The notes: generated by a model from the sequence alone, not told the origin. A stretch of 16,583 nucleotides of DNA from Zygophlyctis sp. KS116 (GCA_054661495.1 BAAFSQ010000222.1:1-16583); one strand, 5' to 3'; shown: positions 1 through 10,610, counted from the first letter of the stretch. Numbers and translations: made by a program.

Positions 1-113
1 TCCCTTAAGTTTTGCTTTAAATCAATAAAAAAATTGCATTAAAATTTTCGCGTTTTTATTAACTTTGAAACCCCCTATTGTATATTTTCAAATCTGGTAG
101 CACTGACCAAACA

Positions 114-1715
114 TTACAAATCTATATGCCTTTCTTCTTTAGTTTGAGGCTTTGTATTTTGAAATGGATCTGTATCTGGGCATAGTGCTGATGTTTCCAT
201 ATTCATTAAATACTCGCATTTAGCAGGCTCCGAAACTGAAAGAATTTTCTCCTCTGACCCACAGCTTAAGCGAACTTTCATGGATCTTTCAGGACCATTC
301 CAGCATGACGAACCATGCTCAAAAATAACTTCTGAATAAGGATTTTCAGGAGGACCAGACCAATTTGACCATGTCCTGATGTAATTAAAGAAGAATCAAA
401 TATTACCCTAAATTCATTTCCATTCCAGAGAATTTCTGAGTTGCTGAACCAAAAAAGCACATTTCATAAGCGTATTCTCCAGTATCAATTGAGAAACATT
501 TAGAATCAAGAGCGGAAAAAACGCCAGAGGGACCAAAATCTAACTCCTCTTTTCGTTTCAAGTCTTCAAGTTTTCCATTATTTTCAGAAATATTGTTTAG
601 AATTCCTGATAACTCATTTTTAGTCTTTAAATGATCTAAAAATGAAAAAAAAATATTCTTACTATTGATAGCTTCCGATCCTGAAGTCTTAAAGACTTGA
701 TCTATTCTAACAGAGTCAAGGAAAGACTGTACCCAAACGGTTGCTTTATCCGTGTATGGCTTACAAATAGAGTCAATAGATTCGTTAGTCTGTATTGATT
801 CGGAATAATCTTCATTTTCTAAATCATCCGCTTCATCATTCAGTTCTGGATACTCCCAATCAGCCGTATCCCCACGATGATCCTTGACTGGTTCTTGTTT
901 TTCTTTTTCACCAGACACCAGTGTTTGATTTATTTCAAACTTTACAGAGTCAATTGCCTCTGGGGCCATACTTGACAAATTCTCCAGAGCTTTATCAAGA
1001 TCTTTTAACCGCAAACGAATCTTATCCAAAGAGGATTTACCTATGCATAAGATCTTTTAAGATTGATATTACAAAGCAACACCCTTTCATCTTCTGCAAG
1101 CTGATTTTGTTTCTTTTCTAACTCTAATAATACGTTTAATACTAAGAAATTACCCGTTAGTTCACCTTTTTTTATTTCCAACTCTTGAATTTTCTTGTTC
1201 AATTCTACCACATCAACTGCACGTTGAGCTTTAATTTTTTCAAAATCTTTAATAAAATCTCTCTTTCTTTCCATTCCCTGTTTACCCTGAAAAACACTGA
1301 TCTTACCTTTGCAAACTTTTCCCTATTTTCCTCCAATGCATTTATATATTCTTCATGCTCCTGTTCACAAGTATTTGGACAGTCAGTCTTCTTCTTCTCG
1401 CTATCCTTCTCATCACTACCATCGCAGCAGTCACAAATTCCGTCACGCACAAGTGAGGATTTGATCCATTTAGGAATATGCCCAGCATTTTCACACCTGA
1501 ATCGTCCTATCGGGGAGCAAGCGGATGTATCTAAAGTCAAAACCCAACAAAATACCAGGTTCATCTGATCCATCAGGACAGTCACAATAATCATCATTAA
1601 AGTAATTTGCTGGTAGTTGTTTCCCTTGACAGTTAATTATATTAGAAGGCATTGATTCTAGACCGCCCGAATTCTCAGCTCTTAATACAAGAATAAAGAA
1701 CAAGAACAAAATCAT
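114..1715 (-). CDS. GTB1: Glucosidase II beta subunit (PRKCSH/GTB1 family), 5 inferred introns
   Basis: Hydrophobic signal peptide [11 protein letters not shown]; family motifs [24 protein letters not shown] and [14 protein letters not shown]; coiled coil; C-terminal MRH domain ([16 protein letters not shown]...[19 protein letters not shown]...VSEPAKCEY). Ends RHIDL then TAA at 114-116. Inferred introns: 1531-1555, 1278-1306, 1124-1153, 1041-1072, 376-406. Confidence 0.93.
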
Positions 1716-1730
1716 TTTACTATGACAGGA

Positions 1731-3066
1731 CTAGGTCAGCAAATCCAAATAATCTCTAGACTCTAGATCTCCTCTATCTACAAAGAAACTCCTAGAATCC
1801 AATAAACTACCATAAGAAATATGATCTAGATCAACTGATGCAATAGTTGGATCGTGATGGAATTTTTGATCTGATCTTTTAAGTTTAAATACTGAATTCT
1901 CCATAATAGATTCAAGCTGACTAGTTTGATTCATGGATGTTCTCTTCCATGGTTTGCGCTCATTGGGGGTTGAAAGGTTTAGCGATCTAGAACGGGATGT
2001 GCGAATATCTCTTTGAGTTTTAGCTGCAATATTGTCCGGTATATTCGGATCTATTAGATGAATTTCAAAAATTCAAATACCTTTACTCTCTAAACTTTCA
2101 TTATCTTCATCCAGATATTCGTAATGGTTCTCTTTATCATTTACGATTAAAAGAGATGGGCCCATTTCTAGATTTTCATGTGAATTCATTGATTGAATTT
2201 GATCGCATGTGTCTGCTTCTTCAAGTCGCTTTTCTGTTTCATATGTTATAGTTTCTGAATCTGGATTCTGAGTCATATCCATCCACTTTATTGGGCTGGA
2301 TGCAAAAGCACCTTCGTATATGATGTTTTTGGATGGACTTTTTGTGATACCTTTGATTTTGCAACTGTCTATTTCGTGTTTTTCAGATTTTGATCCCTTC
2401 TCCAATTCATTAAAGAAGAACTCTAATTGATTTCTATGGGTTAAAGGCGAACTATTGGGTATTTCAGATTCAGATGCCTGATCAACCGAAAAATTAGCCT
2501 TTGGATCAAATGCTATTAGATCACAGTCATTCTCCATATTATTTTTTGCTTGAAGAATCAAGCATTTACCGCACTTGTTGCAAGTATTGTTTGATATTTC
2601 ATCCTCCAAAGCATTTATTTTAGCACTTGCGATCTCCCTTTGAGCCGCCAAGTCCGATATTAGGCTCGATGCTCGTTTTTCAAGTTCCAGACAACTCTTC
2701 TTGTATGCATTAATTTCTGAATTCAAAGATTCAATATTTCCCAACTGAAAAGAGTAATCTGCGTCTTGTTCCTTCGCAGTAGTTTTAATTTTATTTCCTA
2801 TTAATTCAGACTTTGCATTAATAACAGTATTAACATACAGTTGCATCAGTACAGCTATCGGGTTCTGTTTCCTTGATGACTTTGGGTGGATTTTGTTTGT
2901 CCGAACCTGTAGTTTGACTTTCTTGAGTCAATGCATGCCGAAGAACTTGATTTTCTTTCAATGTTTCATCAAACGATGTTTGAGAATCATTCAAAAGATG
3001 AAGTAAATGCTGTATCCGAATCCGTAGCTCGTCTCTTTGGCGAAGTACCTTTAAATACTCAATCAT
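1731..3066 (-). CDS. Uncharacterised protein with N-terminal coiled coil and disordered tail (paralog B)
   Basis: ORFs 2830-3066, 2073-2846 and 1731-1934 join in frame through GT-AG introns 2811-2838 and 2051-2080. The N-terminus is homologous to the gene at 3192-6275. The start codon and independence from paralog A are inferred. Confidence 0.7.
2716..3042. repeat. 327-bp near-identical direct repeat, copy 1 (in paralog B)
   Basis: Matches 5838-6164 at an offset of 3122 bp; about 2 mismatches seen by eye. Confidence 0.93.
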
Positions 3067-3079
3067 TAAAAAATCTAAA

Positions 3080-3097
3080 CTGGCGGGGAATAGGCCT
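3080..3097. promoter_or_regulatory. GC-rich, E2F-site-like element upstream of paralog B
   Basis: The minus strand reads ggcctattccccgccag about 14 nt upstream of ATG 3066; TTCCCCGCCA resembles the E2F motif TTCCCGCC. Confidence 0.3.
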
Positions 3098-3191
3098 TGA
3101 GAGAATTAACAATGGCAAAAAATTAAATAAAACTATTATATATTCCAAACGATTTACAAGTGAATCACTGTGAGAATCAGATTATCATTTG

Positions 3192-6100
3192 TTACTCCAA
3201 AATTGATGGGGTAGGCGTCACAGTTGATTGCCAATGATGCTGCTTTTTCGGATCTTTGAATATACTTCCACGCCGAGGAGATACAACTGCCTTTGTTCCA
3301 TTTTCCTCTGGATTTTTCTCCTTTTGTGCTGCTGAATGATCCAATATTTCAGCGTTTGATTGTATGTTTTCCAATCGTGGAATCATCATTCCAGGTGGAA
3401 GGGATGATTCCACAGTTCCTAGAGCAATAGTACCGCGACGGGTTGTCTGAAATAGTTTACTACTTCCGGTAAATGTAGTCCCACGCCTCTGCCTTGAAGT
3501 AGTAGAATCTAAGTCAGTTTTATGCGGACTTTCTTTCTTTGTAGGGGAAGAATTTAAATACCCTGTACTTATCAAGTTATCTTTTTGAAGTGCCCCTTGT
3601 TCTTTTGGAGATATGTCTAGAAGGCTTCCGAACGAATTATTTGGATTAGCTCCCTAATAATTATTTTTATATTGAATACATCAGGATGAGATATTTTCCC
3701 CTTAATAGCATCCTTTGTATTCTTAGCCGAAAAATCAGTTTCATTTTCCAATTTTCCATCTCCAAATCGATCCGAGAGGGCTATGGAATCTTGCTGACTA
3801 TTAATAAATTCACTAGGCCTTAAAGAAGCCATCAACTTCATATCCGAAGAGAAAAGAGGAACTGTTGAAACTCTTCTGTCATAATTTCTGACTGGACTAA
3901 CCATGGTTCCTCTTCGTGATTTTTCAAATACTTTTGCAGTGTTTATAAATGGTTCTGAAGCTTTTCTAGCCTTAATCTGAGAGTCTTTTACAGAAGAAGC
4001 ATTTGCCGAAACTTCAAACTCCCTAGACTTCTTTGCACCAGTGTCTTGGCCCGGTATTTCTGCAGATAAAGTTGTTTCTTTTTGTGGGGCCATCTCAGTT
4101 TGTATAGCATTTAGCCCAAGATTTCCAATAATACTATTGTCTAGTTTAGGATTGATATCTATTGCTGTTATATCAAGCAAGCTTCCGGCTATATCATCAA
4201 GTCGTGTTGAATCTTCATCTAATCCATCTTTTTGTATTGTATCCTTGGTGGTGTGATTTTCTGCTCGGGCATCGATGTAAACTTTAGTTTCTGGCTCCGG
4301 CCTTAAAGAAGCCATCAACTTCATATCCGAAGAGAAAAGAGGAACTGTTGAAACTCTTCTGTCATAATTTCTGACTGGACTAACCATGGTTCCTCTTCGT
4401 GATTTTTCAAATACTTTTGCAGTGTTTATAAATGGTTCTGAAGCTTTTCTAGCCTTAATCTGAGAGTCTTTTACAGAAGAAGCATTTGCCGAAACTTCAA
4501 ACTCCCTAGACTTCTTTGCACCAGTGTCTTGGCCCGGTATTTCTGCAGATAAAGTTGTTTCTTTTTGTGGGGCCATCTCAGTTTGTATAGCATTTAGCCC
4601 AAGATTTCCAATAATACTATTGTCTAGTTTAGGATTGATATCTATTGCTGTTATATCAAGCAAGCTTCCGGCTATATCATCAAGTCGTGTTGAATCTTCA
4701 TCTAATCCATCTTTTTGTATTGTATCCTTGGTGGTGTGATTTTCTGCTCGGGCATCGATGTAAACTTTAGTTTCTGGCTCCGACCTTAAAGAAGCCATCA
4801 ACTTCATATCCGAAGATAGAAGAGGAATTGTTGAAACTCTTCTGTCATAATTTCTGACTGGACTAACCATGGTTGCGCGACGGGCCTTTTGAAATGTTTC
4901 TTTGGAGAAATTTGAAAAAGGGGTAGAAGTTTTTCTGGCATTCACATCTTCTAATTTGTCTACATACCAGGAATTATTCAAATTATTTACATCATCTGAC
5001 TTTTTTAAATCAATTTCAAATGATTGTGAAGATGGCAAATCGTTTTTGGCTTCATGTATACTTTGATTGGTTTTTTTTGATAAATCGTGTGAATTATTGG
5101 GCGATGAATATGTAATTGAAGTTTGGGAAGGAATAACTGCTTCATACGTTTTCTGATATGAAAAATCTTTGATTTCTACTACATTTTGCAGCAAACTGTC
5201 ATTTGCGGCAAATTTCGAGGGCTCCAGTACAGCTGTACCGCTTTTCTCCTTTTCAGCATCAGATACTTTGAAATTGTTTAGATCTCCTGGTTTCTGATCT
5301 GAATTTGAAGCTTTTATTACATCGATTTCCGACACTGATTTTAAGCCTTCCAATGTGACAGGATTTTTCTTATCTGTCAAATCCATTTCCACATCCTTAT
5401 GATTATTCAATTATTAACTTACAGCCAACGGTGAACCTGATTCATCTTCGTTCCTAATGACCTTTTGCAGAGAAATATACGGATTTAATAACAGAGCTTG
5501 GCCTAGATTGTTATCTAACGGCTTTTCATGAATCATTGTAGAAGAAAAAACGTGATAGGAACTATGAATATCAGCCCCATTTTCTGTAGTCGGGTGCTCT
5601 TCGCTAGAAAATCCCAAGAATGAAAATTCCCTTTGTGGATTTTTTCCTTGATTATCAAGTAGTATTTTGGTACTATCAGAAGTATTTTCTGAGCATTCCT
5701 TGCAAATATTTTTCTTTAATTTAAGTTCAAGAGCATTTATCGTAGCCTGTGAGATTTCTCTTTCCTGATTAAACTGGGATATAAGGCCATTAACTTTATT
5801 GTCGAGCTGTAAGAAAGTTTCCTTGTATACAACGATCTCTGAATTCAAAGATTCAATATTTCCCAACTGAAAAGAGTAATCTGCGTCTTGTTCCTTCGCA
5901 GTAGTTTTAATTATATTTCCTATTAATTCAGACTATGCATTAATAACAGTATTAACATACAGTTGCATCAGTACAGCTATCGGGTTCTGTTTCCTTGATG
6001 ACTTTGGGTGGATTTTGTTTGTCCGAACCTGTAGTTTGACTTTCTTGAGTCAATGCATGCCGAAGAACTTGATTTTCTTTCAATGTTTCATCAAACGATG

Positions 6101-6275
6101 TTTGAGAATCATTCAAAAGATGAAGTAAATGCTGTATCCGAATCCGTAGCTCGTCTCTTTGGCGCACAACGGCCATATATTCTGACATACCAGATACAAT
6201 GTGCCCTTTGGTTGGAGAAGTTGAATGTTTAGCATGGTTGGAGTTGACTTTAGACTTTGACCTCTTCGACATCAT
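3192..6275 (-). CDS. Uncharacterised large coiled-coil/disordered protein with a 161-aa internal repeat (paralog A)
   Basis: ORFs 5952-6335, 5414-5866, 3617-5410 and 3192-3575 join in frame through introns 5933-5960, 5396-5422 and 3654-3679. The start could be ATG 6275 (MMSKRSK) or 6335. Many RRx[ST] and SPx[KR] motifs. Confidence 0.72.
3816..4874. repeat. Intragenic tandem repeat, 483-bp unit, about 2.2 copies
   Basis: Units start at 3816, 4299 and 4782. The two full units look identical; the partial third has a few substitutions. The unit is in frame (161 aa). Confidence 0.95.
5838..6164. repeat. 327-bp near-identical direct repeat, copy 2 (in paralog A)
   Basis: Matches 2716-3042, including the 28-nt intron. 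Confidence 0.93.
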
Positions 6276-6383
6276 AATTTTGTCGGAACTTGAGGGATTT
6301 CGCAACGTCATCAATAACGTTTTGAAGTAAAGCATATGTATTTGTATTTATGATATAAATCTCAATCAAAATACTTTATGAGT

Positions 6384-7843
6384 CTAGCGATCAATTTCAC
6401 CAAAGACGACATCACAAGTCCCTATAATTGTCACTGCATCTGCCAAAAAGTGACCTTTGGACATGAAATCCACACCGGCCAAATGCGGGAAACCAGGCGC
6501 TCTAATTTTACAACGATATGGCTTGTTGCTTCCATCGGATACTAAATATACGCCAAATTCACCCTTTGGAGCTTCAATTACTGTATAAGTCTAAAATTAT
6601 CCAATACAATTCATACCTCTCCTGGAGGCACCGAAAATCCTTCAGAATATAATTTGAAATGGTGTATTAATGCTTCCATACTATCTTTCATATCCGAACG
6701 AGAAGGAGGAACGATTTTATTATCGTCAATTTTGATTGGTCCTGGCGGCATTTTATCGATACACTGAGAAATAATTCGCAAAGACTGCCTCATCTCTTCA
6801 ACACGACAAAGATAACGATCATAACAATCTCCATTTTTCCCAACTGGGATATCAAATTCCATCTCATCATAAGCATCATAAGGCTGTTCTTTTCTTAAAT
6901 CCCAAGCAATTCCTGATCCTCTCAACATTACTCCAGAAAAAGAATAATCAAGCGCCTGTTGTGCAGTCACTAATCCTACTCCAATCAACCTCCCTTTCCA
7001 AATAGGAGAACCTGTAAGCATTTCTTCCATTTCATCAATTCTACCAGAATACTGCAAAGCCCATTTATGTATATCCTCTTAAAGTAAAAAACTAAAAATT
7101 ACCCAATAATCCTATTGGCAAATCCAAAGCTACTCCACCTGGTCTGACATAAGCAGCATGCATTCTAGCACCACTTACTCTTTCATAAAACTCCATCAAC
7201 TTTTCTCGTTCTTCAAACATCCATAAAAAAGGAGTTAATGCCCCTACATCCAACGCATGAGTTGTGATTGCCATAATATGATTTAAAATTCGTGTGATTT
7301 CCGCAAAAAGCGTCCTAATGTATTTTGCTCTAATTGGAATATCAATATTTAGTAATTTTTCCACAGCTAAAGAATATGCTTGTTCATTACACATCATAGA
7401 CACTAAATTTTAGTTTAAAAACAATACCGTAATCCAATCTATCAAAATAAGGCAATGCTTGCAAGTAAGTCTTGTATTCAATCAGTTTTTCTGTCCCACG
7501 ATGCAGTAAACCAATATGTGGATCTGCCCTTAGAATAACTTCCCCTTTTAATTCTAAAATCAACCGCAATACTCCGTGAGCTGCAGGATGCTGTGGTCCA
7601 AAATTGACAGTCATTGTCTCACTAATAGGATCTTCTTCATCAGTCGTTGAAACTTCTATTCCCTTAAATCTCAAGAATTACCAACTTTCTCTGTCAATTG
7701 TCTTGTTTTTGGAGGAACAAACCATCTTGACGACACCTGATACGTATCTGTATCCATAATCCGTTTGGTAGTCTTGACTATCATTAATGAGCTTGATAAT
7801 TACATCGACTGAATGGTAAAATTCCCCTCAAGAGCCTCGACAT
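6384..7843 (-). CDS. NDUFS2: NADH:ubiquinone oxidoreductase 49-kDa subunit (nuclear encoded), 5 inferred introns
   Basis: Motifs [72 protein letters not shown] and EAPKGEFG; C-terminus DVVFGEIDR-stop; Arg-rich presequence-like start [13 protein letters not shown]. Introns: 7778-7803, 7656-7681, 7403-7427, 7078-7102, 6591-6616. Confidence 0.97.
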
Positions 7844-7896
7844 TTAAAAAATTAAACGCGGCCCTACAAGAAAACTTTCTGTTTAGGATACTAGAG

Positions 7897-8955
7897 CTAT
7901 AGTAATTGTTTATTTAAATACTGAATATCATTAAACTTGAGTGTCTCATTCCCCCAACTTGTCCAATCAGGATACAAATTCCTAGAAAAACATTCTAATT
8001 TCAATCCTTTAGTACATTCTGGATGCATTGATAATAAATCTATGATATTAAAAGAGTATTACTTACCGTGAACAAATGGTTTCCTAGAATGATATTTTGA
8101 CGGAACTGACATTATAGTTTTTTTCTTGACTGATTTCTTTGCTATTTTACTATCAAAATTCAAATCCACTTGTCCTATAAACAAAACCTCAAAAGGTTTA
8201 CGATGACTACTTGAGAGTGACAACACCAATTCTCCAGATCTTGTAACTTTTATCCAATACCATTCTTCAATCAATGAAATTCCAAGACTTTTAAAAAACT
8301 TTTCTGTTATAAAGTGATGAATTTTAGGATTATTAGAAGCCCATATTGCTACTAAACTTTTATCCCTTGTTATTTTCTCCAAATTTAAAGAATATAAAGA
8401 ATAAATATCTAAACTAGAGTACTTTTGACCTCTTTCTACAGATTTATTAGGCCATGGAGGATCCAAAAGAATCAATGAATACTTTTCATGAATCAAATCT
8501 GTAAAGTATTCCAAATCTGAAATAACAAATCTAGACTTACCAGGAAAATAAATTGTATTTTCTAGTATTTTTAGAGTTAATTCATCCTTGATAGTCACTA
8601 CAACATTTAACAAATCCAACAACTCTACTTTAGAATTTTGGTTTAATTCAATGTGAGATTTCTCGTAAAATGAAACCATTTCCAAAACCTCTGACCATTG
8701 GATCGTTGTAATATTTTTAGAGCCAAAAACATTTCGGACATGAGCATCATCATTTCGGACATGAGCATCATCATCTAAAACTTGAAATGATTTTCTGAAT
8801 TTTGTGTGGCACTTGTAAATCCAATTTTCAATTTTAGACAGACAAGTTGTAGATTGTTTAGTAGAATATGGATTTTCTAGAGAGTAATCTGATGATGGGA
8901 TCATAAAACTTCCATATTTGATCCTTGACGAGAGAATTGTACAGTCGAAATTCAT
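7897..8955 (-). CDS. METTL4: MT-A70 family N6-adenosine methyltransferase, METTL4-like
   Basis: Catalytic LLDPPWPNKSV, then EEWYWIKVTRSGE, HRKPFEVL and SVPSKYHSRKP. After intron 8040-8066 the last exon gives LECFSRNLYPDWTSWGNETLKF. Start placed at ATG 8955 because ATG 9018 lies inside PPIL2 exon 1. Confidence 0.88.
8730..8771. repeat. Perfect 21-bp tandem duplication inside METTL4 (DDAHVRN x2)
   Basis: catttcggacatgagcatcat occurs at 8730-8750 and 8751-8771. Confidence 0.95.
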
Positions 8956-8982
8956 TCTAGGCGCAGGCGGCAGGGCCAAAAA
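8956..8982. promoter_or_regulatory. Putative bidirectional promoter element between METTL4 and PPIL2
   Basis: 27-bp spacer tctaggcgcaggcggcagggccaaaaa between divergent ATGs; strongly GC-rich against an AT-rich background. Confidence 0.55.
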
Positions 8983-10610
8983 ATGGGAAAATGGACAGAC
9001 AAGGGATATATAACTCATTCAGAATGGGTCAATGATTTTGGGTATTTTGATTTACTAAACAGTTAGCGGTGCAAAGGCTTCAAAGAGGGAGATTTTTAAG
9101 AAACTTCCTTTTCATTGTTGTGCATTGTCTTTACAGCCTTGGGAAAATCCATTTTGTACCATTGATGGCACAGTGTATGATCTGGTTCATATTTTACCTT
9201 GGATCAAACAGTACAAGTCAGATCCAGTCTCTGGAAAACCAATGGATTCTAAATCTTTGATTAAATTAACATTTTACAAATCGGCTCAAGGCGAATATCA
9301 TTGTCCAATCACTTTTAAAGTTTTTAATGAACATTCGCATATTATTGCTATAAAATCAACGGGAAATGTTTACTCTCAGGAAGCTATTCAGACTCTAATC
9401 ATTGATGCAAAGAATTATAGAGACTTGATTAATGATGAACAGATTTCAAGAGCTGATTTTATTACAATTCAGGATCCAAATTCAGTGACTGATAAAAATA
9501 TTTCAGAATTTTTTCATTATAAAAATGACTTAAAAGTTCAAAATACTGAATTGGAGGATGCCAAAAAATTAGTTTCATATAAATTAAATGCTATAGGAAC
9601 TACTTCAAAGATTTTAGATGAATATCATTCTAAAATTGCTAAAGTTTCTATAAAGAAAACTGAAAAGACAAATACAGAAAAAGCATTGGATGCACATTAC
9701 TCTACTGGAAGAATGGCGGCGGCTTTAACTTCAACTACAATGACACCAGTAACAAGTATTGAGACTGCGAAAATAAATGAGGCTGATTATAAGAGTATTT
9801 TACCTAAATTTTAATTATAGTTGCACATGTTAAAGGAAAGGGATATGCTACTTTTGTTACAAACTTGGGGGATATAAATGTGGAGTTGTATTGTCAAGAC
9901 ACTCCAAGAACTTGTTATAATTTAATTGCTTTGGCCAAGAAAGGAGCTTACAAAAATGTCAAATTTCATAGAAATATAAAAAACTTTATGCTTCAAGGAG
10001 GTGATCCTACAGGCACAGGTAGTGGAGGAGAATCAATTTATGGAAAACCTTTTAAAGATGAGCTTGTCTCTCATTTGAATCATGACGGGAGAGGAATCTT
10101 GAGTATGGCGAATCGAGGGCCTGATACAAATACCAGTCAGTTGTATATTTTTATTTGATTTAATTATAGCTTTTTTACTTATCGTACTTGTAGTAATCTT
10201 AATAGAAAACACACAGTATTTGGAAAACTGGTTGGTGGAATGGATACTCTAACTCGGTATTTTTATTAATTTTTAAATTTTATAGTGCTGAACTAGTTCC
10301 ATCTGGAAGAAATGATGTTCCGACAGAAGATATTATCCTTAAAGATATAATCGTTCATGTGGATCCTTTTGAAAATGTTATGACAGAATTGCAAGCCAAA
10401 GATGAGAAAGAAAAGCAAATTCGTGACCGTTTAGAAGCAAGAGCAGCCAAAGAAAAATTAGTCGAGCAATCACGACCAACAGAGAAAAGTTCTACGGAAA
10501 TTGGCAAATACATGAAAAAGAGAGATAATACAGATGAAAAAGAAACGGAAAGACAGGTTAAACAAGCAAAGAAAAATGCTGGTAGAGGATTCGATTTTAG
10601 TTCATGGTAG
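8983..10610 (+). CDS. PPIL2: Peptidyl-prolyl cis-trans isomerase-like 2 (U-box/RING plus cyclophilin; Cyp60), 4 inferred introns
   Basis: Starts [15 protein letters not shown]; continues [34 protein letters not shown] and AHYSTG; cyclophilin domain [27 protein letters not shown]...[16 protein letters not shown]...HTVFG; ends FDFSSW. Introns: 9042-9066, 9795-9820, 10143-10169, 10257-10285. Confidence 0.95.

Noticed and set aside
1753-1832. Cluster of tctaga/agatct palindromes
   Set aside because: Explained by codon usage in the last exon of paralog B.
3067-3194. Paralogs A and B fused into one gene by splicing
   Set aside because: The candidate 25-28-nt introns I tried led to stops, and the gap has a promoter-like GC patch. 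Not fully excluded without RNA data.
4041-4739. Two identical 71-aa plus-strand ORFs
   Set aside because: Antisense shadows of the 483-bp repeat inside the long minus-strand CDS.
3816-4874. Repeats as a CRISPR array or LTR pair
   Set aside because: The units are contiguous, in-frame coding sequence without spacers, TG...CA ends or retroelement genes.
8956-9018. METTL4 start at ATG 9018
   Set aside because: It would overlap the conserved PPIL2 exon 1 on the opposite strand; ATG 8955 is more parsimonious.
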